Source of the DNA: Eledone cirrhosa
Lineage: Eukaryota
DNA length: 64,000 nt
Direction of reading: 5' to 3'
NCBI GenBank assembly: GCA_964016885.1
Contig: OZ024744.1
Location: 47,058,001 to 47,122,000 of the forward strand
Shown: piece by piece, positions 48,601-59,880 of the stretch
Numbering within the stretch: the stretch's first letter is position 1
How the letters are laid out: each line of letters begins with the position of its first letter
Program-made: the position numbers and the translations under genes
The notes under the pieces: model-generated
What the model saw: the letters and a program-made list of their open reading frames with translations, nothing else
Database searches by the model: none
Told to the model about the DNA's origin: nothing

Positions 48601-51600
48601 ATGTCCACTTTACAGTGTGGGCTGGGTGCTTTTTTCAGTGTCTTTCACACGTCCACTTTACAGTGTGGGCTGGGTGCTTGTTGCTGTGTCTTTCTCACGT
48701 CCACTTTACAGTGTGGGCTGGGCGCTTTTTGCAGTGTCTTTCAAACGTCAACTTTACAGTGTGGGCTGGGTGCTTTTTACTGTGTCTTTCACATGTCCAC
48801 TTTACAGTGTGGGCTGGGTGCTTGTTGCTGTGTCTTTCTCACGTCCACTTTACAGTGTGGGCTGGGTGCTTTTTGCTGTGTCTTTCACATGTCCACTTTA
48901 CAGTGTGGGCTGGGTGCTTTTTTCAGTGTCTTTCACATGTCCACTTTACAGTGTGGGCTGGGTGCTTTTTGCTGTGTCTTTCACATGTCCACTTAATAGT
49001 GTGGGCTGGGTGCTTTTTGCTGTGTCTTTCACATGTCCACTTTACAATGTGGGCTGGGTACTTTTTGCTGTGTCTTTCACATGTCCACTTTACAATGTGG
49101 GTTGGGTGCTTTTTGCTGTGTCTTTCACATGTCCACTTTACAGTGTGGGCTGGGTGCTTTTTGCTGTGTCATTCACATGTCCACTTCACAGTGTGGGCTG
49201 GGTGATTTTGCTGTGTCTTTCACATGTCCACTTTACAGTGTGGGCTGGGTGCTTTTTGCTGTGTCTTTCACATGTCCACTTTACAATGTGGGCTGAGTGC
49301 TTTTTGCTGTGTCTTTCACATGTCCACTTTACACTGTGGGCTGGGTGCTTCTTGCAGTGTCTTTCACATGTCCACTTTACAGTGTGGGCTGGGTGCTTTT
49401 TGCTGTGTCTTTCACATGTCCACTTTACAGTGTGGGCTGGGTGCTTTTTGCTGTGTCTTTCACATGTCCACTTTACAGTGTGGGCTGGGTGCTTCTTGCA
49501 GTGTCTTTCACATGTCCACTTTACAGTGTGGGCTGTGTGCTTGTTGCTGTGTCTTTCTCACGTCCACGTTACAGTGTGGGCTGGGTGCTTTTTGCTGTCT
49601 TTCACATGTCCACTTTACAGTGTGGGCTAGGTGCTTTTTTCAGTGTCTTTCACACGTCCACTTTACATTGTGGGCTGGGTGATTGTTGCTGTGTCTTTCT
49701 CACGTCCACTTTACAGTGTGGGCTGGGTGCTTTTTGCTGTGTCTTTCACATGTCCACTTTACAGTGTGGGCTGGGTGCTTTTTTCAGTGTTTTTCACATG
49801 TCCACTTTACAGTGTGGGCTGGGCGCTTTTTGCAGTGTCTTTCAAACGTCAACTTTACAGTGTGGGCTGGGTGCTTTTTTCAGTGTCTTTCACACGTCCT
49901 CTTTACAGTGTGGGCTGGGTGCTTGTTGCTGTGTCTTTCTCACGTCCACTTTACAGTGTGGGCTGGGCGCTTTTTGCAGTGTCTTTCACACGTCCTCTTT
50001 ACAGTGTGGGCTGGGTGCTTTTTGCTGTGTCTTTCACATGTCCACTTTACAGTGTGGGCTGGGCGCTTTTTGCAGTGTCTTTCAAACGTCAACTTTACAG
50101 TGTGGGCTGGGTGCTTTTTACTGTGTCTTTCACATGTCCACTTTACAGTGTGGGCTGGGTGCTTTTTGCTGTGTCTTTCACATGTCCACTTTACAGTGTG
50201 GGCTGGGTGCGTTTTGCTGTGTCTTTCACATGTCCACTTTACAGTGTGGGCTGGGTGCTTTTTGCAGTGTCTTTCACACGTCCACTTTACAGTGTGGGCT
50301 GGGTGCTTTTTGCTGTGTCTTTCACATGTCCACTTTACAGTGTGGGTCGTGTGCTTTTTGCAGTGTCTTTCACACGTCCACTTTACAGTGTGGGATGGGT
50401 GCTTTTTGCTGTCTTTCACATGTCCACTTTACAGTGTGGGCTTGGTGCTTTTTTCAGTGTCTTTCACATGTCCACTTCACGGTGTGGGCGGGGTGCTTTT
50501 TGCTGTGTCTTTCACATGTCCACTTTAAAATGTGGGCTGGGTGCTTTCTGCTGTATCTTTCAAATGTCCACTTCACAATGTGGGCTGGGTGCTCTTTGCT
50601 GTGTCTTTCACATGTCCACTTTACAATGTGAGCTGGGTGCTTTTTGCTGTGTCTTTCACATGTCCACTTTACAGTGTGGGCTGGGTGCTTGTTGCTGTGT
50701 CTTTCTCACGTCCACTTTACAGTGTGGGCTGGGTGCTTTTTGCTGTCTTTCACATGTCCACTTTACAGTGTGGGCTTGGTGCTTTTTTCAGTGTCTTTCA
50801 CACGTCCACTTTACATTGTGGGCTGGGTGCTTGTTGCTGTGTCTTTCTCACGTCCACTTTACAGTGTGGGCTGGGTGCTTTTTGCTGTGTCTTTCACATG
50901 TCCCCTTTACAGTGTGGGCTGGGTGCTTTTTTCAGTGTCTTTCACATGTCCACTTAACAGTGTGGGCTGGGCGCTTTTTGCAGTGTCTTTCAAACGTCAA
51001 CTTTACAGTGTAGGCTGGGTGCTTTTTGCTGTGTCTTTCACATGTCCACTTTACAGTGTGGGCTGGGTGATTTTTGCTGTGTCTTATACATGTCCACTTT
51101 ACAGTGTGGGCTGGGTGATTTTTGCTGTGTCTTATACATGTCCACTTCACAGTGTGGGCTGGGTGCTTTTTGCTGTGTCTTTCACATGTCCACTTTACAG
51201 TGTGGGCTGGGTGCTTTTTGCTGTGTCTTTCACATGTCCACTTTATAGTGTGGGCTGGGTGCTTTTTGCTGAGTCTTTCACATGTCCACTTTACAATGTG
51301 AGCTGGGTGCTTTTTGCTGTGTCTTTCACATGTCCACTTTACAGTGTGGGCTGGGTGCTTGTTGCTGTGTCTTTCTCACGTCCACTTTACAGTGTGGGCT
51401 GGGTGTTTTTTGCTGTGTCTTTCACATGTCCACTTTACAGTGTGGGCTGGGTGCTTTTTTCAGTGTCTTTCACATGTCCACTTTACAGTGTGGGCTGGGC
51501 GCTTTTTGCAGTGTCTTTCAAACGTCAACTTTACAGTGTGGGCTGGGTGCTTGTTGCTGTGTCTTTCTCACGTCCACTTTACAGTGTGGGCTGGGTGCTT

Positions 51601-52070
51601 TTTGCTGTGTCTTTCACATGTCCACTTTACAGTGTGGGCTGAGTGCTTTTTGCTGTGTCTTTCACACGTCCACTTTACAGTGTGGGCTGGGTGCTTGTTG
51701 CTGTGTCTTTCTCACGTCCACTTTACAGTGTGGGCTGGGTGCTTTTTGCTGTGTCTTTCACATGTCCACTTTACAGTGTGGGCTGGGTGCTTTTTTCAGT
51801 GTCGTCACATGTCCACTTTACAGTGTGGTCTGGGTGCTTTTTGCTGTGTCTTTCACATGTCTACTTAATAGTGTGGGCTGGGTGCCTTTTGCTGTGTCTT
51901 TCACATGTCCACTTTACAGTGTGGGCTGGGTGCTTTTTGCTGTGTCTTTCACATGTCCACTTTACAATGTGGGCTGGGTGCTTTTTGCTGTGTCTTTCAC
52001 ATGTCCACTTTACAGTGTGGGCTGGGTGCTTTTTGCTGTGTCTTTCACATGTCCACTTCACAGTGTGGGC
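42680..52070. repeat. Dispersed duplication: about 42680-44500 recurs at +7570
   Basis: TGTGGGTCGT at 42771/50341 and GTCGTCAC at 44231/51801. ORF pairs 42962/50532, 43074/50644 and 43362/50932 differ by 7570. Confidence 0.88.
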
Positions 52071-55000
52071 TGGGTGCTTTTTGCTGTGTCTTTCACATGT
52101 CCACTTTACAATATGGGCTGGGTGCTTTTTGCTGTGTCTTTCACATGTCCACTTTACAATGTGGGCTGGGTGCTTTTTGCTGTGTCTTTCACATGTCCAC
52201 TTTACAGTGTGGGCTGGGTGCTTTTTGCTGTGTCTTTCACATGTCCACTTCACAGTGTGGGCTGGGTGCTTTTTGCTGTGTCTTTCACATGTCCACTTCA
52301 CAGTGTGGGCTGGGTACTTTTTGCTGTGTCTTTCACATGTCCACTTTACATTTGTGGGCAGGGTGCTTGTTGCTGTGTCTTTCTCACGTCCACTGTACAG
52401 TGTGGGCTGGGTGCTTTTTACTGTGTCTTTCACATGTCCACTTTACAGTGTGGGCTGGGTGCTTTTTACTGTGTCTTTCACATGTCCACTTTACAGTGTG
52501 GGCTGGGTACTTTTTGCTGTGTCTTTCACATGTCCACTTTACAGTGTGGGCTGGGTGCTTTTTGCTGTGTCTTTCACATGTCCACTTCACAGTGTGGGCT
52601 GGGTACTTTTTGCTGTGTCTTTCACATGTCCACTTTACAGTGTGGGCTGGGTGCTTTTTGCTGTGTCTTTCACATGTCCACTTTACAGTGTGGGCTGGGT
52701 GCTTTTTGCTGTGTCTTTCACATGTCCACTTCACAGTGTGGGCTGGGTGCTTTTTTCAGTGTCTTTCTCACGTCCACTTTACAGTGTGGGCTGGGTGCTT
52801 TTTGCTGTCTTTCACATGTCCACTTTACAGTGTGGGCTTGGTGCTTTTTTCAGTGTCTTTCACACGTCCACTTTACATTGTGGGCTGGGTGCTTGTTGCT
52901 GTGTCTTTCTCACGTCCACTTTACAGTGTGGGCTGGGTGCTTTTTGCTGTGTCTTTCACATGTCCCCTTTACAGTGTGGGCTGGGTGCTTTTTTCAGTGT
53001 CTTTCACATGTCCACTTAACAGTGTGGGCTGGGCGCTTTTTGCAGTGTCTTTCAAACGTCAACTTTACAGTGTAGGCTGGGTGCTTTTTGCTGTGTCTTT
53101 CACATGTCCACTTTACAGTGTGGGCTGGGTGATTTTTGCTGTGTCTTATACATGTCCACTTTACAGTGTGGGCTGGGTGATTTTTGCTGTGTCTTATACA
53201 TGTCCACTTCACAGTGTGGGCTGGGTGCTTTTTGCTGTGTCTTTCACATGTCCACTTTACAGTGTGGGCTGGGTGCTTTTTGCTGTGTCTTTCACATGTC
53301 CACTTTATAGTGTGGGCTGGGTGCTTTTTGCTGAGTCTTTCACATGTCCACTTTACAATGTGAGCTGGGTGCTTTTTGCTGTGTCTTTCACATGTCCACT
53401 TTACAGTGTGGGCTGGGTGCTTGTTGCTGTGTCTTTCTCACGTCCACTTTACAGTGTGGGCTGGGTGTTTTTTGCTGTGTCTTTCACATGTCCACTTTAC
53501 AGTGTGGGCTGGGTGCTTTTTTCAGTGTCTTTCACATGTCCACTTTACAGTGTGGGCTGGGCGCTTTTTGCAGTGTCTTTCAAACGTCAACTTTACAGTG
53601 TGGGCTGGGTGCTTTTTGCTGTGTCTTTCACATGTCCACTTCACAGTGTGGGCTGGGTGCTTTTTGCTGTGTCTTTCACATGTCCACTTCACAGTGTGGG
53701 CTGGGTGCTTTTTGCTGTGTCTTTCACATGTCCACTTCACAGTGTGGGCTGGGTACTTTTTGCTGTGTCTTTCACATGTCCACTTTACAGTGTGGGCTGG
53801 GTGCTTTTTGCTGTGTCTTTCACATGTCCACTTTACAGTGTGGGCTGGGTGCTTTTTGCAGTGTCTTTCAAACGTCAACTTTACAGTGTGGGCTGGGTGC
53901 TTTTTACTGTGTCTTTCACATGTCCACTTTACAGTGTGGGCTGGGTGCTTTTTGCTGTGTCTTTCACATGTCCACTTCACAGTGTGGGCTGGGTGCTTTT
54001 TGCTGTGTCTTTCACATGTCCACTTTACAATATGGGCTGGGTGCTTTTTGCTGTGTCTTTCACATGTCCACTTTACAATGTGGGCTGGGTGCTTTTTGCT
54101 GTGTCTTTCACATGTCCACTTTACAGTGTGGGCTGGGTGCTTTTTGCTGTGTCTTTCACATGTCCACTTCACAGTGTGGGCTGGGTGCTTTTTGCTGTGT
54201 CTTTCACATGTCCACTTCACAGTGTGGGCTGGGTACTTTTTGCTGTGTCTTTCACATGTCCACTTTACATTTGTGGGCTGGGTGCTTGTTGCTGTGTCTT
54301 TCTCACGTCCACTGTACAGTGTGGGCTGGGTGCTTTTTACTGTGTCTTTCACATGTCCACTTTACAGTGTGGGCTGGGTGCTTTTTACTGTGTCTTTCAC
54401 ATGTCCACTTTACAGTGTGGGCTGGGTACTTTTTGCTGTGTCTTTCACATGTCCACTTTACAGTGTGGGCTGGGTGCTTTTTGCTGTGTCTTTCACATGT
54501 CCACTTCACAGTGTGGGCTGGGTACTTTTTGCTGTGTCTTTCACATGTCCACTTTACAGTGTGGGCTGGGTGCTTTTTGCTGTGTCTTTCACATGTCCAC
54601 TTTACAGTGTGGGCTGGGTGCTTTTTGCTGTGTCTTTCACATGTCCACTTCACAGTGTGGGCTGGGTGCTTTTTTCAGTGTCTTTCTCACGTCCACTTTA
54701 CAGTGTGGGCTGGGTGCTTTTTGCTGTCTTTCACATGTCCACTTTACAGTGTGGGCTTGGTGCTTTTTTCAGTGTCTTTCACACGTCCACTTTACATTGT
54801 GGGCTGGGTGCTTGTTGCTGTGTCTTTCTCACGTCCACTTTACAGTGTGGGCTGGGTGCTTTTTGCTGTGTCTTTCACATGTCCCCTTTACAGTGTGGGC
54901 TGGGTGCTTTTTTCAGTGTCTTTCACATGTCCACTTAACAGTGTGGGCTGGGCGCTTTTTGCAGTGTCTTTCAAACGTCAACTTTACAGTGTAGGCTGGG

Positions 55001-58000
55001 TGCTTTTTGCTGTGTCTTTCACATGTCCACTTTACAGTGTGGGCTGGGTGATTTTTGCTGTGTCTTATACATGTCCACTTTACAGTGTGGGCTGGGTGAT
55101 TTTTGCTGTGTCTTATACATGTCCACTTCACAGTGTGGGCTGGGTGCTTTTTGCTGTGTCTTTCACATGTCCACTTTACAGTGTGGGCTGGGTGCTTTTT
55201 GCTGTGTCTTTCACATGTCCACTTTATAGTGTGGGCTGGGTGCTTTTTGCTGAGTCTTTCACATGTCCACTTTACAATGTGAGCTGGGTGCTTTTTGCTG
55301 TGTCTTTCACATGTCCACTTTACAGTGTGGGCTGGGTGCTTGTTGCTGTGTCTTTCTCACGTCCACTTTACAGTGTGGGCTGGGTGCTTTTTGCTGTGTC
55401 TTTCACATGTCCACTTTACAGTGTGGGCTGGGTGCTTTTTTCAGTGTCTTTCACACGTCCACTTTACAGTGTGGGCTGGGCGCTTTTTGCAGTGTCTTTC
55501 AAACGTCAACTTTACAGTGTGGGCTGGGTGCTTTTTACTGTGTCTTTCACATGTCCACTTTACAGTGTGGGCTGGGTGCTTGTTGCTGTGTCTTTCTCAC
55601 GTCCACTTTACAGTGTGGGCTGGGTGCTTTTTGCTGTGTCTTTCACATGTCCACTTTACAGTGTGGGCTGGGTGCTTTTTTCAGTGTCTTTCACATGTCC
55701 ACTTTACAGTGTGGGCTGGGTGCTTTTTGCTGTGTCTTTCACATGTCCACTTAATAGTGTGGGCTGGGTGCTTTTTGCTGTGTCTTTCACATGTCCACTT
55801 TACAATGTAGGCTGGGTACTTTTTGCTGTGTCTTTCACATGTCCACTTTACAATGTGGGTTGGGTGCTTTTTGCTGTGTCTTTCACATGTCCACTTTACA
55901 GTGTGGGCTGGGTGCTTTTTGCTGTGTCATTCACATGTCCATTTCACAGTGTGGGCTGGGTGATTTTGCTGTGTCTTTCACATGTCCACTTTACAGTGTG
56001 GGCTGGGTGCTTTTTGCTGTGTCTTTCACATGTCCACTTTACAATGTGGGCTGAGTGCTTTTTGCTGTGTCTTTCACATGTCCACTTTACAGTGTGGGCT
56101 GGGTGCTTCTTGCAGTGTCTTTCACATGTCCACTTTACAGTGTGGGCTGGGTGCTTTTTGCTGTGTCTTTCACATGTCCACTTTACAGTGTGGGCTGGGT
56201 GCTTTTTGCTGTGTCTTTCACATGTCCACTTTACAGTGTGGGCTGGGTGCTTCTTGCAGTGTCTTTCACATGTCCACTTTACAGTGTGGGCTGTGTGCTT
56301 GTTGCTGTGTCTTTCTCACGTCCACGTTACAGTGTGGGCTGGGTGCTTTTTGCTGTCTTTCACATGTCCACTTTACAGTGTGGGCTAGGTGCTTTTTTCA
56401 GTGTCTTTCACACGTCCACTTTACATTGTGGGCTGGGTGATTGTTGCTGTGTCTTTCTCACGTCCACTTTACAGTGTGGGCTGGGTGCTTTTTGCTGTGT
56501 CTTTCACATGTCCACTTTACAGTGTGGGCTGGGTGCTTTTTTCAGTGTTTTTCACATGTCCACTTTACAGTGTGGGCTGGGCGCTTTTTGCAGTGTCTTT
56601 CAAACGTCAACTTTACAGTGTGGGCTGGGTGCTTTTTTCAGTGTCTTTCACACGTCCTCTTTACAGTGTGGGCTGGGTGCTTGTTGCTGTGTCTTTCTCA
56701 CGTCCACTTTACAGTGTGGGCTGGGCGCTTTTTGCAGTGTCTTTCACACGTCCTCTTTACAGTGTGGGCTGGGTGCTTTTTGCTGTGTCTTTCACATGTC
56801 CACTTTACAGTGTGGGCTGGGCGCTTTTTGCAGTGTCTTTCAAACGTCAACTTTACAGTGTGGGCTGGGTGCTTTTTACTGTGTCTTTCACATGTCCACT
56901 TTACAGTGTGGGCTGGGTGCTTTTTGCTGTGTCTTTCACATGTCCACTTTACAGTGTGGGCTGGGTGCGTTTTGCTGTGTCTTTCACATGTCCACTTTAC
57001 AGTGTGGACTGTGTGCTTTTTTCTGTGTCTTTCACACCTCCACTTTACAGTGTGGGCTGGGTGCTTTTTGCTGTGTCTTTCACACGTCCACTTTACAGTG
57101 TGTGCTGGGTGCTTTTTGCTGTGTCTTTCACATGTCCACTTCACAGTGTGGGCTGGGTGCTTCTTGCTGTGTCTTTCTCACGTCCACTTCACAGTGTGGG
57201 CTGGGTGCTTTTTGCTGTGTCTTTCACATGTCCACTTTACAATGTGGGCTGGGTGCTTTTTGCTGTGTCTTTCACATGTCCACTTTACAATCTGGGCTGG
57301 GTGCTTTTTGCTGTGTCTTTCACATATCCACTTCACAGTGTCGGCTGGGCGCTTTTTGCAGTGTCTTTCACACGTCAACTTTACAGTGTGGGCTAGGTGC
57401 TTTTTGCTGTGTCTTTCACATGTCCACTTTACAGTGTGGGCTGGGTGCTTTTTGCAGTGTCTTTCACACGTCCACTTTACAGTGTGGGCTGGGTGCTTTT
57501 TGCTGTGTCTTTCACATGTCCACTTTACAGTGTGGGCTGTGTGCTTTTTGCAGTGTCTTTCACACGTCCACTTTACAGTGTGGGCTGGGTGCTTTTTGCT
57601 GTGTCTTTCACATGTCTACTTAATAGTGTGGGCTGGGTGCTTTTTGCTGTGTCTTTCACATGTCCACTTTACAGTGTGGGCTGGGTGCTTTTTCAGTGTC
57701 TTTCACATGTCCACTTCACGGTGTGGGCGGGGTGCTTTTTGCTATGTCTTTCACATGTCCACTTTACAATGTGGGCTGGGTGCTTTTTGCTGTATCTTTC
57801 AAATGTCTACTTTACAATGTGGGCTGGGTGCTTTTTGCTGTGTCTTTCACATGTCCACTTTACAATGTGAGCTGGGTGCTTTTTGCTGTGTCTTTCACAT
57901 GTCCACTTTACAGTGTGGGCTGGGTGCTTGTTGCTGTGTCTTTCTCACGTCCACTTTACAGTGTGGGCTGGGTGCTTTTTGCTGTCTTTCACATGTCCAC

Positions 58001-59880
58001 TTTACAGTGTGGGCTAGGTGCTTTTTTCAGTGTCTTTCACACGTCCACTTTACATTTGTGGGCAGGGTGCTTGTTGCTGTGTCTTTCTCACGTCCACTGT
58101 ACAGTGTGGGCTGGGTGCTTTTTACTGTGTCTTTCACATGTCCACTTTACAGTGTGGGCTGGGTGCTTGTTGCTGTGTCTTTCTCACGTCCACTTTACAG
58201 TGTGGGCTGGGTGCTTTTTGCTGTGTCTTTCACATGTCCACTTTACAGTGTGGGCTGGGTGCTTTTTTCAGTGTCTTTCACACGTCCACTTTACAGTGTG
58301 GGCTGGGTGCTTGTTGCTGTGTCTTTCTCACGTCCACTTTACAGTGTGGGCTGGGCGCTTTTTGCAGTGTCTTTCAAACGTCAACTTTACAGTGTGGGCT
58401 GGGTGCTTTTTACTGTGTCTTTCACATGTCCACTTTACAGTGTGGGCTGGGTGCTTGTTGCTGTGTCTTTCTCACGTCCACTTTACATTGTGGGCTGGGT
58501 GCTTTTTGCTGTGTCTTTCACATGTCCACTTTACAGTGTGGGCTGGGTGCTTTTTTCAGTGTCTTTCACATGTCCACTTTACAGTGTGGGCTGGGTGCTT
58601 TTTGCTGTGTCTTTCACATGTCCACTTAATAGTGTGGGCTGGGTGCTTTTTGCTGTGTCTTTCACATGTCCACTTTACAATGTGGGCTGGGTACTTTTTG
58701 CTGTGTCTTTCACATGTCCACTTTACAATGTGGGTTGGGTGCTTTTTGCTGTGTCTTTCACATGTCCACTTTACAGTGTGGGCTGGGTGCTTTTTGCTGT
58801 GTCATTCACATGTCCACTTCACAGTGTGGGCTGGGTGATTTTGCTGTGTCTTTCACATGTCCACTTTACAGTGTGGGCTGGGTGCTTTTTGCTGTGTCTT
58901 TCACATGTCCACTTTACAATGTGGGCTGAGTGCTTTTTGCTGTGTCTTTCACATGTCCACTTTACAGTGTGGGCTGGGTGCTTCTTGCAGTGTCTTTCAC
59001 ATGTCCACTTTACAGTGTGGGCTGGGTGCTTTTTGCTGTGTCTTTCACATGTCCACTTTACAGTGTGGGCTGGGTGCTTTTTGCTGTGTCTTTCACATGT
59101 CCACTTTACAGTGTGGGCTGGGTGCTTCTTGCAGTGTCTTTCACATGTCCACTTTACAGTGTGGGCTGTGTGCTTGTTGCTGTGTCTTTCTCACGTCCAC
59201 GTTACAGTGTGGGCTGGGTGCTTTTTGCTGTCTTTCACATGTCCACTTTACAGTGTGGGCTAGGTGCTTTTTTCAGTGTCTTTCACACGTCCACTTTACA
59301 TTGTGGGCTGGGTGATTGTTGCTGTGTCTTTCTCACGTCCACTTTACAGTGTGGGCTGGGTGCTTTTTGCTGTGTCTTTCACATGTCCACTTTACAGTGT
59401 GGGCTGGGTGCTTTTTTCAGTGTTTTTCACATGTCCACTTTACAGTGTGGGCTGGGCGCTTTTTGCAGTGTCTTTCAAACGTCAACTTTACAGTGTGGGC
59501 TGGGTGCTTTTTTCAGTGTCTTTCACACGTCCTCTTTACAGTGTGGGCTGGGTGCTTGTTGCTGTGTCTTTCTCACGTCCACTTTACAGTGTGGGCTGGG
59601 CGCTTTTTGCAGTGTCTTTCACACGTCCTCTTTACAGTGTGGGCTGGGTGCTTTTTGCTGTGTCTTTCACATGTCCACTTTACAGTGTGGGCTGGGCGCT
59701 TTTTGCAGTGTCTTTCAAACGTCAACTTTACAGTGTGGGCTGGGTGCTTTTTACTGTGTCTTTCACATGTCCACTTTACAGTGTGGGCTGGGTGCTTTTT
59801 GCTGTGTCTTTCACATGTCCACTTTACAGTGTGGGCTGGGTGCGTTTTGCTGTGTCTTTCACATGTCCACTTTACAGTGT
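45670..59880. repeat. About 4.6-kb block (45670-50245) duplicated at +9633; each copy contains part of a 2875-bp (60-monomer) tandem unit
   Basis: ORF pairs 46158/55791, 47065/56698, 48027/57660, 48385/58018 and 49683/59316 differ by 9633. Pairs 46158/49033 and 55791/58666 differ by 2875. Confidence 0.9.
51990..55370. repeat. Tandem duplication of 40 monomers (offset 1919 bp)
   Basis: ORF pairs 52384/54303, 52994/54913 and 53104/55023 differ by 1919. Confidence 0.87.
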
